Positions 29,414 to 38,580 of a stretch of 64,000 bases of DNA are shown one piece after another. The stretch lies in contig CAMSCJ010000010.1 of the NCBI GenBank assembly GCA_947056845.1, positions 4,778 through 68,777 of the forward strand. The letters run 5' to 3'. A program made the position numbers and the translations under genes. This DNA comes from an uncultured Mycoplasmatota bacterium. GTDB lineage: Bacteria; Bacillota_I; Bacilli_A; RF39; UBA660. Below the pieces are notes generated by a model that saw nothing but the letters and a program-made list of their open reading frames with translations, searched no databases and was not told where the DNA came from. Each line of letters starts with the position of its first letter. The stretch's first letter is position 1.

Positions 29414-29733
29414 TGTAATTGCTAATAAAAAGTCAGCAGTAGATGCTGATTAAGGAATTATAGTTACCAATCTATCAAAAGCGTATTTGATGTGACTATA
29501 TAATTAAATAAAATTAAAAATCAACTAGCTTATAATTGAATAGATATTTTTTGATATCTAGTCGTTTTTGCAACTGGAATTTATGCTTCCAAAGATTTAA
29601 ATGTAGATTATACTATGACCTTTTATACTCCAAATTTAATAATATAAAAAACAATCATCCTAATTTGTTATAGTAAAATAAAACTGGAGTATAAGCAATC
29701 ATATATACTTTTAGGCATGGCTTTTGAATAATT

Positions 29734-30969
29734 TTAATGCTTTACTTTAATTTTTTTCGTTTTTTTTAAAATCCTTTTAAGTATTAATAAACTAATAAAT
29801 AAAATAATAATTATTACGGGATATATTAATTTTGTTTGTATTAAAAAACATATTAAACTAAATTTGACATTAGTATTAAGATAAACATCAATGGTATCCA
29901 TTAACTGATCATTATATATAATATCAACAGACCCCAATTTCTCACCTAAAACATTCTTATGAGATATAACATTAATTCCATTATATTTATATTCAATATT
30001 TTTAGCATCAAATGAATTATCCAAAAACTTAGTAATTGATATTGGTGAATTTATTACATAATTTTTTTCTTTAGAATAATTAATTTTTATAGTTGCTATA
30101 TAATCATTTGTATTAATTAAATTTTTATAACTATAGTTTTCATCAAAATAGCTATATATTTTTATCGCATCTAATAATTGCCTAGGGGTATTTCCATGAT
30201 AATCAGCTCCAGCTGTAACTAATAAATAATTAACCCCATTATAATTAGCAATACTTGACATACAAAGTCCAGCTTCATCGGTATAACCAGTTTTTGAGCC
30301 TTGAATATGAGAGACATCAATAGTATAATTATTTGATATTTTTTTTAAAGTACTACTAAATTTTAAATTATTAGTTGTAGTATATTCTCTTGTTGTATAT
30401 ATTTCCTTAAAAGTATCATTTTTAAGGGCATAAATTAATAATGTAGCTATATCTTGAACTGTTGAATAATGCCCATTAGCTTCTAAACCAGTTGTATTGA
30501 CGAAATTGGTATTAGATAAATTTAATTCTTTAGCCTTGGCATTCATTAATTTAACAAAATCTTCTTCACTTCCAGCAATATTTATGGCAAGGGCTCTGGT
30601 GGCATCAGCTCCAGATGGTAACATTGCTCCCATTAGTAAATCCTTATATGAAACATTTTCACCATATTTAAAGCCAGCTACTGATGCTTGTGCCTCAACT
30701 AAACCAGAAAAAACATCTTTTCCCAATGTTACTTTGGCATCAAGATTTTCAATATTTTCAATAGCAACAATGCAGGCCATAATTTTAGTTAAACTAGCAA
30801 TAGATGTTTTTTCATTAGCATTATCTTCATACAATATTTCATTTGTATCCATATTGTATAAAATCGCGTATTTTGAATCAATATCTAAATTTTTGGCATA
30901 AATGTTGTTTAAATTGAATAAAAATAAGATAGAAATAATTAATATTTTAATTAAAAAAAGTTTTTTCAT
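29734..30969 (-). CDS. D-alanyl-D-alanine carboxypeptidase (S11, PBP5/DacB/DacF-like)
   Basis: SIASLTKIM (SxxK) and SKTGYT (KTG), signal peptide, C-terminal membrane anchor. ATG 30969 preferred over GTG 30978. Confidence 0.85.
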   Translation of the reverse strand: MKKLFLIKILIISILFLFNLNNIYAKNLDIDSKYAILYNMDTNEILYEDNANEKTSIASLTKIMACIVAIENIENLDAKVTLGKDVFSGLVEAQASVAGFKYGENVSYKDLLMGAMLPSGADATRALAINIAGSEEDFVKLMNAKAKELNLSNTNFVNTTGLEANGHYSTVQDIATLLIYALKNDTFKEIYTTREYTTTNNLKFSSTLKKISNNYTIDVSHIQGSKTGYTDEAGLCMSSIANYNGVNYLLVTAGADYHGNTPRQLLDAIKIYSYFDENYSYKNLINTNDYIATIKINYSKEKNYVINSPISITKFLDNSFDAKNIEYKYNGINVISHKNVLGEKLGSVDIIYNDQLMDTIDVYLNTNVKFSLICFLIQTKLIYPVIIIILFISLLILKRILKKTKKIKVKH

Positions 30970-31068
30970 ATATAACACATCCTATTGTATAAATTATAAC
31001 ATAAACTCATTAAATTTAATTGAAATTATTATTATTTCGTAAAAAAGTAAAAAAAAATAAAAAAATTG

Positions 31069-31097
31069 TTGCAAAAACCTATTTTTTATTATATAAT
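31069..31097 (+). promoter_or_regulatory. sigma-A promoter of tRNA array 2
   Basis: TTGCAA - 17 nt - TATAAT, about 60 nt upstream of tRNA-Leu. Confidence 0.5.
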
Positions 31098-31157
31098 GAA
31101 GTAGTCAATTTAATTGTTGACCTTAGTTTTGCTAAATAGACAATTAAATGAAATGAT

Positions 31158-31246
31158 GCCTGAGTGGCGAAATTGGTAGACGCACAGGACTTAAAATCCT
31201 GCGGGAGTCAAATCCCGTGCCGGTTCAAGTCCGGCCTTAGGCACCA
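31158..31246 (+). tRNA. tRNA-Leu (anticodon TAA)
   Basis: Class II tRNA with long variable arm, loop cttaaaa, encoded CCA. Confidence 0.9.
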
Positions 31247-31254
31247 TCTTTTTT

Positions 31255-31345
31255 GGAGAAATACCCAAGTCTGGTTGAAGGGACTGGTCTTGAAAACCAG
31301 GAGGTCGGCGACGGCGCGGGGGTTCGAATCCCTCTTTCTCCGCCA
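31255..31345 (+). tRNA. tRNA-Ser (anticodon TGA)
   Basis: Class II tRNA, acceptor ggagaaa/tttctcc, loop cttgaaa, encoded CCA. Confidence 0.9.
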
Positions 31346-31359
31346 TAAAATTATAACAT

Positions 31360-31436
<77 letters not shown>

Positions 31437-31437
31437 T

Positions 31438-31513
31438 GGTTCCGTAGTGTAGCGGTTATCACGTCTGCCTGTCACGCAGAAGATCGCGAGTTCAATTCTC
31501 GTCGGAACCGCCA
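31438..31513 (+). tRNA. tRNA-Asp (anticodon GTC)
   Basis: Acceptor ggttccg/cggaacc, loop ctgtcac, encoded CCA. Confidence 0.9.
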
Positions 31514-31521
31514 TTTATTTT

Positions 31522-31597
31522 GGCTCTATAGCTCAGTCGGCAGAGCACAAGACTGAAAATCTTGGTGTCGGTGGTTCAATTCCACCTGGAGCCACCA
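31522..31597 (+). tRNA. tRNA-Phe (anticodon GAA)
   Basis: Loop ctgaaaa, T-arm ggtgg-ttcaatt-ccacc, encoded CCA. Confidence 0.9.
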
Positions 31598-31621
31598 TTT
31601 ATAAATTACAAATAACTAAGT

Positions 31622-31698
31622 GCGCTCGTAGATCAATTGGATAGATCGTTTGACTACGGATCAAAAGGCTATGGGTTCGACTCCTATCGGGCGCACCA
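31622..31698 (+). tRNA. tRNA-Arg (anticodon ACG)
   Basis: Acceptor gcgctcg/cgggcgc, anticodon stem tttga/tcaaa with loop ctacgga, encoded CCA. Confidence 0.9.
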
Positions 31699-31701
31699 TT
31701 T

Positions 31702-31778
31702 CGGGAAATAGCACAACTTGGTAGTGCACTTGGTTTGGGACCAAGGGGTTGCAGGTTCAAATCCTGTTTTCCCGACCA
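31702..31778 (+). tRNA. tRNA-Pro (anticodon TGG)
   Basis: Acceptor cgggaaa/tttcccg, loop tttggga, encoded CCA. Confidence 0.9.
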
Positions 31779-31786
31779 TCTAATAT

Positions 31787-31862
31787 GGGGAATTAGCTCA
31801 GCTGGGAGAGCGCCACGTTTGCACCGTGGAGGTCAGGAGTTCGATCCTCCTATTCTCCACCA
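31787..31862 (+). tRNA. tRNA-Ala (anticodon TGC)
   Basis: G3:U70 identity pair (ggggaat/attctcc), loop tttgcac, encoded CCA. Confidence 0.9.
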
Positions 31863-31872
31863 TTTAGAATTT

Positions 31873-31905
31873 AACCGTTGAAGTTCAACGGTTTTTATTT
31901 TTTAT
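31873..31905 (+). terminator. terminator of tRNA array 2
   Basis: aaccgttgaa-g-ttcaacggtt followed by a T-rich run. Confidence 0.75.
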
Positions 31906-31991
31906 CTAATAAATATCTAATATTTTTTATAAATTATCTAATAAATCGACAATTAATGTTTTATATGTTATTATATATATGGAGGTTTTTT

Positions 31992-32279
31992 ATGAACCAG
32001 GAACAAAGAAAAATAATTAATAGAAAAATTGGAAAATATTATAAGCAACTAAAGATGGCCAACTCTGATTATTTAATTAGTGTAGCATCAGATATTCTAA
32101 TTTTTTTGATCATGGCACATCAAATTAAACAGGGAGCCACAACCCATATAGAAATTTTCTTTTTAATAGGGAGTGTTAGCCTTATTTTTACGATGCTCAA
32201 TATTTCTAGAAAATCTATTTTAGAAATGCGCATTATTCAACTTAAAGAGCAATTAAATTTAAATAGATATAAAAAATAA
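31992..32279 (+). CDS. small two-TM membrane protein
   Basis: ATG 31992 lies 6 nt after GGAGG. The upstream part of ORF 31878..32279 overlaps the tRNA terminator. Two hydrophobic helices. Confidence 0.45.
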   Translation: MNQEQRKIINRKIGKYYKQLKMANSDYLISVASDILIFLIMAHQIKQGATTHIEIFFLIGSVSLIFTMLNISRKSILEMRIIQLKEQLNLNRYKK

Positions 32280-32331
32280 TCCATATTTATAATAATGAAC
32301 AAAATCACTGTATGCCAGCGATTTTTTTATT

Positions 32332-32366
32332 TGTCGTATGATGTCGAAAAATGTCCAAACTTGTCG
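32332..32366 (+). promoter_or_regulatory. four TGTCG/TGTCC pentamers at exact 10-bp phasing upstream of a -35-less extended -10 promoter
   Basis: tgtcg 32332, tgtcg 32342, tgtcc 32352, tgtcg 32362. TGtTATAAT at 32398-32406, with no good -35. Confidence 0.4.
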
Positions 32367-32447
32367 TTTAAAATAAAATAAACATAATGACTGCCAATGT
32401 TATAATAAAGGCGTAAACTGCAATTAATTATGTATAAGGAGGTAACT

Positions 32448-32885
32448 ATGAAATTTTTAAAATACTTAACAGGAATTTTTGCGGTAACTTTACTTTTAAA
32501 TTGTATTGGGGTAAATGCATCAAATTATTTAATTTTGAATAATGTTGCTGTACCTATGAAACAACAATCAAGTCCAGCTGTAACTGGCAAAGATGAAATA
32601 TCACAACAATATGTACAAAATACAACTACATCTCATAATAGAGGTTTTCAAGCTCAAGTGCTTGGGAAAGATATTTTTGGGAATACATGCTCAACAACAT
32701 ATAAAAACTTACCAAAAAACACTTGGACTACACATGGAAATTATACTACCGATGGGTGTGGCTTAGAACCAGTAGGAGATAAAGCATTCTTAAATGTTAG
32801 AACATCTTCTAGTTACAATGATACAACGTTCTTTTGGGGAACTTGGATTACTACTGAATCACTATATAACGCTATGACTAAATAG
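32448..32885 (+). CDS. small secreted protein of unknown function
   Basis: Sec signal peptide MKFLKYLTGIFAVTLLLNCIGVNA. Mature part is about 121 aa, T/N/S-rich, with 2 Cys. RBS AAGGAGG before ATG 32448. Confidence 0.6.
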   Translation: MKFLKYLTGIFAVTLLLNCIGVNASNYLILNNVAVPMKQQSSPAVTGKDEISQQYVQNTTTSHNRGFQAQVLGKDIFGNTCSTTYKNLPKNTWTTHGNYTTDGCGLEPVGDKAFLNVRTSSSYNDTTFFWGTWITTESLYNAMTK

Positions 32886-32934
32886 AAGAGAAGAATCATC
32901 ATAATTATGCAGTTTACATTATTAGGAGTTAAAT

Positions 32935-33837
32935 ATGAAAAAGATTATGCGAAAATATAAATTTTTAATAATAATTACTTTATTATTATGCCTTTATTTT
33001 TTATATTGTGCGATAAAGTATAATATAAGTTATAATAAAACGGTTAGCGATGTTAATAGGATTATTGCTGGTCTTGAGGATGGAACCTTACAATCATTAG
33101 GCAACAATTTTAATCCACAGGTACCAGTTAAAACTGACGCTATTTCATTATTTTTTTCAATATTGAATAGTGATTTTCGTTTTTTAATTTCAATATTCCC
33201 ATTATTTATATTATTACCAAGTTGTTATAATTTTTACCAAAAAATGAAATCAGGTATTATTCGTAGTGAAATAATACGGCAGGGTTATAGTAAGTATATT
33301 AAGCAAAATATTACTGAAACATATAAAAGTGTATTAATTGTTCCTATATTTTTAATAATTAGTTTTTTAATTAGTTTTATAATCTGTGGTAGATTTGATA
33401 TATGGAATTCATATAATAATATTTTCTACTATCAAATAGAAAATCCATTAGCTCAAGAATATATTTTGATCTTGCCATTATTTCTTGTTCTTTATCTAAT
33501 TAACCACATTTTATTATCTGGATATTATATAAATATTACATTAATATTTATAAGAAAGAAAATGCCATACTTAGTAAGTTGTGTTGCAGCATTTTTAGTT
33601 ATTTTAGGAATATCTGTTTTTTTAGAAATTGTTATAGGTAAGTGGTTACTAGAAATTTTATTCGGAATTAAGGGGATGAATGCAACATTTAATAGCTTTT
33701 GCTTTTGGATACCAGGTGATCATTCTAATATATATATTCAATTTTTTATCTCACTATTTTTATTAGTAATTTCTAGTTGCCTAGTTCATATTTGTTATAA
33801 AGATAAAGAAAAGGTGTTAATCGAAAATGAATTATAA
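32935..33837 (+). CDS. polytopic membrane protein (ABC-2-type permease-like)
   Basis: About 6 TM helices with a large first extracytoplasmic loop. RBS AGGAG. Same operon as the ATPase at 35258. Confidence 0.55.
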   Translation: MKKIMRKYKFLIIITLLLCLYFLYCAIKYNISYNKTVSDVNRIIAGLEDGTLQSLGNNFNPQVPVKTDAISLFFSILNSDFRFLISIFPLFILLPSCYNFYQKMKSGIIRSEIIRQGYSKYIKQNITETYKSVLIVPIFLIISFLISFIICGRFDIWNSYNNIFYYQIENPLAQEYILILPLFLVLYLINHILLSGYYINITLIFIRKKMPYLVSCVAAFLVILGISVFLEIVIGKWLLEILFGIKGMNATFNSFCFWIPGDHSNIYIQFFISLFLLVISSCLVHICYKDKEKVLIENEL

Positions 33838-34585
33838 AGATATAAGTAATAATATAAAAAATTTTATAAATACACCGATATTTAAAGTAGTATATATAAT
33901 TTCACTCATTATAACTTTTTGTATTTTACTAGGTACTAAGCAATCATTACCAGAACTATCATATTTTGAGTTATACTATGTTTTACTCACTAATCCATCT
34001 TTTGTTTTATTTAATTATTTTTTTATTTCCTTAATTGCGTCTATTAGTTTTTTTTATAATATAAATAAAAGATATTCATATATTATTCGCCTAAAATCGA
34101 AAAAAGAATATTTGATTTACTTACTTAAAAATATTTGGATAGTAAATATCTTTATTTTTATTATAATTACACTTAGTTGTTTAATTTTATTAAATATATT
34201 CGGAAATGATTTTAGTTTATCACCATTCGCTAATTACAATATACCAAATATTATCTATATTATTTATATATTAGTTCGCTTGTTGATTCTATGTGGATTA
34301 TTATCAGTTATTAGTGTTTTATCATTGCTATTAATTAATAATAAAATTGTAATTGTTGCAAATTTATTGTTATATGGGATGATTAAAGAACAACCAATTC
34401 GCCTTAGCTTAAGACAAAGTTTAACAGATTTTACTTTTTGGATAGGTAATTATATTATACCTGATATATATAGTTCTTTTTTATTAGATATATGTTGTAC
34501 AAGCTTATTTTTAATCATAATAATTATATTAATTATTATAATCTTTAACTTTGTATTAAAAAAAATGAATCAAGTAGGTGTATAA
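33827..34585 (+). CDS. polytopic membrane protein (permease-like)
   Basis: About 6 TM helices. Overlaps the upstream gene by 11 nt. Confidence 0.5.
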   Translation: MNYKDISNNIKNFINTPIFKVVYIISLIITFCILLGTKQSLPELSYFELYYVLLTNPSFVLFNYFFISLIASISFFYNINKRYSYIIRLKSKKEYLIYLLKNIWIVNIFIFIIITLSCLILLNIFGNDFSLSPFANYNIPNIIYIIYILVRLLILCGLLSVISVLSLLLINNKIVIVANLLLYGMIKEQPIRLSLRQSLTDFTFWIGNYIIPDIYSSFLLDICCTSLFLIIIIILIIIIFNFVLKKMNQVGV

Positions 34586-35261
34586 AATGTTTATAATCAA
34601 AAAGGATTTAATTAAATTTGTTAAAAAAAATTACAAAATACTTTTATTTATGATAGCAGTCATTATTATTTTTTGCATATATGCTAAAAAAAATTATCCA
34701 AATACAAAAGAATTATTTATGCTTACATTAGGATTAACTATATACCAAAATAGTTTTCCTATTGATTATATTATTTTTGTTTTTCATATCGGGATTAATT
34801 TATATATAACTTTATATCTATTTTATAGTTTATTTAAAAATGATATTGAAACTATATTTTTAAGATTACCAGTTACTAAATGGTTTTTATATAAGGAAAT
34901 TTCTATTATGAGCTTATTATTTACCTTTAAATTTGGTTTATATTTCATTATATCATTAATTAGTCAATATAAATGCCTTGATATCATTAAATTTCTACTA
35001 ATAGATAATCTTTTAACATTTAATATTGGATTACTAGCCATGCTATTATTGGTATTATATTATAAAAACAAGATATTAGCAATTATATTTTCTATATTAA
35101 TAGTGCTGGTAGCTATAACACTTAGATTACCCTTAACAGTTTCAGATTATACTGATTCATGGCTTTATCTAATTTTTAGTTATATTTTAATAATAATATT
35201 GCTCATAAGATTTATTAAAAATCAATATATAGTATTATTTGAAAGGAGTTTAAAAAGATGA
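34578..35261 (+). CDS. polytopic membrane protein (permease-like)
   Basis: About 6 TM helices. Overlaps both neighbouring genes. Confidence 0.5.
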   Translation: MYKMFIIKKDLIKFVKKNYKILLFMIAVIIIFCIYAKKNYPNTKELFMLTLGLTIYQNSFPIDYIIFVFHIGINLYITLYLFYSLFKNDIETIFLRLPVTKWFLYKEISIMSLLFTFKFGLYFIISLISQYKCLDIIKFLLIDNLLTFNIGLLAMLLLVLYYKNKILAIIFSILIVLVAITLRLPLTVSDYTDSWLYLIFSYILIIILLIRFIKNQYIVLFERSLKR

Positions 35262-35902
35262 GGATTGAGGTTAAAAATTTAACAAAAACTTTTAAACAAG
35301 CTACGATTATTGAAAATGTAAATATTACATTTGAAAATGGTAAAATATATGGACTAATTGGTAGAAATGGTAGCGGAAAAAGTGTTTTTTTGAAGATGCT
35401 ATGTGGTTTCTATTCTCCCACTAATGGTGAAATATTATTTGATAATGTTAATTGTATAAAGCAAAAAGTATTCCCACCAAATACTAGGGCTTTGATTGAA
35501 AAACCAGATTTTATATCAGACTTAAGCGGATATGAAAATTTAGAACTTTTAGCCAAAATTCAAAATAAAATTGGCAAGGAAGAAATCATTGATGCCTTAA
35601 AAAAAGTTAATTTATTAGATGATATGGATAAAAAATTTGGAAAGTATTCATTAGGTATGAAACAAAAACTAGGTATTGCTCAAGTTTTAATGGAAAATCC
35701 TGAAGTTATGATTTTGGATGAACCATTTAATGGAATAGAAGATGATACAGTTGATCTTTTAAGAGAATTATTGATTGATGAGAAAAAAAAGGGGAAAATT
35801 ATCATTCTAGCAACGCATATTAAAGATGACATTTCAAAGATTGTTGATGAATTGTACAGATTTGATAAAAAAAATGTAACTAAGGTAGAAAATTTTAAGT
35901 AA
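35258..35902 (+). CDS. ABC transporter ATP-binding protein
   Basis: Walker A GRNGSGKS, signature-like YSLGMKQKL, Walker B MILDEPFNGIED, H-loop ATH. Confidence 0.85.
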   Translation: MRIEVKNLTKTFKQATIIENVNITFENGKIYGLIGRNGSGKSVFLKMLCGFYSPTNGEILFDNVNCIKQKVFPPNTRALIEKPDFISDLSGYENLELLAKIQNKIGKEEIIDALKKVNLLDDMDKKFGKYSLGMKQKLGIAQVLMENPEVMILDEPFNGIEDDTVDLLRELLIDEKKKGKIIILATHIKDDISKIVDELYRFDKKNVTKVENFK

Positions 35903-36011
35903 GTTATTAATATACATTCTAAAATATAAGCAAAATAGTTTTGATAAAATACACGCGTTGTATTTTTTTTTTGATTATTAGGAACTAGTTCTACAAAATT
36001 TAAAAAATTTA

Positions 36012-36210
36012 TTGTGTTACAAACAAATGTATGCTAAAATATATTTGCAAACAAGGTGATAACATGATAATAAATAAAGAATAAAACAAAAACAAGTACG
36101 GTAGTGACTATCGGATTTTAAGTCTATGGAGATGAGTAGGTAACGAAGGCGATGAAGTAGAAAACTTTAAGTGTGAACTTAGAGACATTCAAAATTTATT
36201 TTGAATTTTG
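36012..36210 (+). ncRNA. candidate leader/small RNA of unknown class: promoter, 6-codon mini-ORF, structured segment, terminator
   Basis: TTGTGT - 17 nt - TGcTAAAAT (36012-36040). AAGGTGA precedes ATG 36064 (MIINKE stop, 36064-36084). Locally GC-richer segment at 36100-36185 with a taagt-GTGA-actta hairpin. attcaaaat/attttgaat hairpin (36187-36206) followed by TTT. Confidence 0.3.
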
Positions 36211-36331
36211 TTCTATTTAGATATAATATAAGCATTAATTATGTTTTTTGGTAGATTACTTTCAAAAGTTTCAGAAAAGGCTATTTATGTGTTACCATAT
36301 CATATTACAGATATTTTGAGAGGAGATTTAT

Positions 36332-36880
36332 ATGGAATGTATAAAAATAATTAAAGATGAAGATTTAGGTTTTAATAGTATACCATTTAAAGAAGAGTTA
36401 AATCGTTTTGGCTCAAGGGGAATTATATTAAATGATAATGATGAAATTGCTATGTTATATATGAAATGTAAAGGTATATATAAGTTAATTGGCGGCGGAA
36501 TAGAAAACGGTGAACAACCTGAAGATGCCTTTAAAAGAGAAGCCTTAGAAGAAACAGGTTACAAAATTGATATTGATAATTGTTTAGGTATTATTGAAGA
36601 GTTTAAATCCAAAGCCAATTTTCGACAAATATCATATGTTTATGTATCGCATGTAGCACAAAATACTGGCTATACAAATTTTACGGAAAAAGAACTAGAG
36701 AGTGGTGCAGAGCTTTTATGGTTGAATATCGATGATGCTCTAACAGCAATTCAAAATTGTGAAGAATGCATGGACCAATTAGAATTAGAAGAGGCTTATC
36801 AACTTAAGTTTATAGTTAGAAGAGATTATGAGATATTGCATTATTACAAAAATAATTATAAACATTTTTTTAAAAAATAG
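36332..36880 (+). CDS. NUDIX hydrolase
   Basis: Nudix box GGGIENGEQPEDAFKREALEETGY. RBS GAGGAG. Confidence 0.8.
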   Translation: MECIKIIKDEDLGFNSIPFKEELNRFGSRGIILNDNDEIAMLYMKCKGIYKLIGGGIENGEQPEDAFKREALEETGYKIDIDNCLGIIEEFKSKANFRQISYVYVSHVAQNTGYTNFTEKELESGAELLWLNIDDALTAIQNCEECMDQLELEEAYQLKFIVRRDYEILHYYKNNYKHFFKK

Positions 36881-36949
36881 ATGCCTGATTTTTATTGACT
36901 ATCAATGTTGAAATTGTTATAATATCCCAAAAAAAAGAAGTGATATATT

Positions 36950-37618
36950 ATGCAGATAATTAAAAATTTAACATATAATAAAAAGTTTTTATTAAAAGAT
37001 GATTTACAATTTAAAACTTATCGACAAGGTCTTTTCTTATCAAGACATTCATGTCAAGCGGATATAAATGACAGGTATTATTTAAATATTAAATTGTCAG
37101 AAGATAATAAATCTTTAGTTAATCAAGGATATCTATATTTTTATATAAACTTTGATAAATTACAAAGTGAACTCATTGGAATGGCGATTGACCCAAAATA
37201 TAGAAATTGTGGCCTTGCTTCACTCTTAATATCAAGCTGGATACAATTATGTTTAGAACAAGGTATCGAAAATTTAAAAACTATTCCCAAACAAAGAAAA
37301 CCGTTTCTATTGTATCTTTTAAAAAAATATGCATTTGAAATTGAAAATATTGAAACCTATGAGACATCTTCAAGACTAGTTTATATTTGCCGAGAAACTG
37401 ATACTGCTTATAAATTAATTATGTTTAAAGATAAGCGGGAGGAAAAATTATTTAGTAATAGTAATGTCATGAAAGAAGATAATTATAGGATAATTGAATC
37501 ATTAACTGATGATATAAAAATTATTGATAAGGTGGTTTTATATTCACCATATTTTTTACAAGATAATGAATTTGCGTATCAAAAATCATTAAGCATTTAT
37601 AATCAACATAAGATATAA
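36950..37618 (+). CDS. GNAT-like acetyltransferase, tentative
   Basis: IGMAIDPKYRNCGLASLLISSWIQLCLEQG resembles GNAT motif A. Confidence 0.45.
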   Translation: MQIIKNLTYNKKFLLKDDLQFKTYRQGLFLSRHSCQADINDRYYLNIKLSEDNKSLVNQGYLYFYINFDKLQSELIGMAIDPKYRNCGLASLLISSWIQLCLEQGIENLKTIPKQRKPFLLYLLKKYAFEIENIETYETSSRLVYICRETDTAYKLIMFKDKREEKLFSNSNVMKEDNYRIIESLTDDIKIIDKVVLYSPYFLQDNEFAYQKSLSIYNQHKI

Positions 37619-37822
37619 AAATAATTATAAAAAAATTTAATTTCAGGTTAAATAATATATTGAATTTTTGATAGAAATAATAAACTTTTATTTAATAAAA
37701 CAAGATTGCTAGAATTAATACAAAGTACAATATATAAAAAATATTTGAACTTACCAATATTAAAATTGGTATTATTGTATTAATACTTTAAAAGTATTAT
37801 AATGTAATAAAGTAGGTGTATT

Positions 37823-38497
37823 ATGGATTTTAGAATGTATTTTATGCTTTTTATTGTGTATTCTCTAATTGGGTGGCTTGTTGAGGTTATAGGAATTTTA
37901 ATTCAAGAAAAAAGATTTGTTAATCGAGGCTTTCTAATTGGGCCATATTGTCCAATATATGGTGTTGGTGGAATAACAATTATTCTCCTATTAAACAAAT
38001 ATATGGATGATCCTATTATTTTATTTATCATGGCTATCGTTATATGCTCATTGCTAGAATATTTTACAAGTTATATAATGGAGAAATTATTTAAAACTAG
38101 ATGGTGGGATTATTCTAACTTTAAATTTAACATTAATGGTCGAATTTGCTTAGAAACAATGTGGGCTTTTGGAGCTTTAGCGTGTTTTGTAATATATGTA
38201 ATTAACCCACCCTTAATTAGTTTTTTAAAGTCATTACCTGATATTGCTTTTAATATAGTTACTTACTTGATAATGGTATTATTTTTAATGGATAATATTA
38301 TCTCATTTAAAGTCATATCTAATGTCAAAGTAACAGCTAAAAATGTAAAGAAAGATAATACTGAAGAGATGACAAAATATGTAAGGGATGCGTTAAGTCA
38401 TAAATCTTTTTTAAACAAGCGACTTGTTAATGCTTTTCCTAATTTTCAAGCATGTATAAAAAATATTAAAGATGGTCTAAGAAAAAGAATTAAATAA
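37823..38497 (+). CDS. membrane protein of the 'putative ABC-transporter type IV' (DUF1113-like) family
   Basis: IGWLVEV...FLIGPYCPIYGVGG pattern, about 5 TM helices. Confidence 0.55.
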   Translation: MDFRMYFMLFIVYSLIGWLVEVIGILIQEKRFVNRGFLIGPYCPIYGVGGITIILLLNKYMDDPIILFIMAIVICSLLEYFTSYIMEKLFKTRWWDYSNFKFNINGRICLETMWAFGALACFVIYVINPPLISFLKSLPDIAFNIVTYLIMVLFLMDNIISFKVISNVKVTAKNVKKDNTEEMTKYVRDALSHKSFLNKRLVNAFPNFQACIKNIKDGLRKRIK

Positions 38498-38580
38498 TAA
38501 TGTAAAAAAGAAATATTTATAAATTATTCTTTTTTTTTGCTTATTTTGATATAATAAACTCAGAATGATTGGTGAGGAAT

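Noticed and set aside
29414-29733. Intergenic stretch after tRNA array 1 with a short frame reading ...ATGIYASKDLNVDYTMTFYTPNLII, considered as a gene remnant
   Set aside because: There is no start or RBS, the fragment is short, and no family is recognisable.
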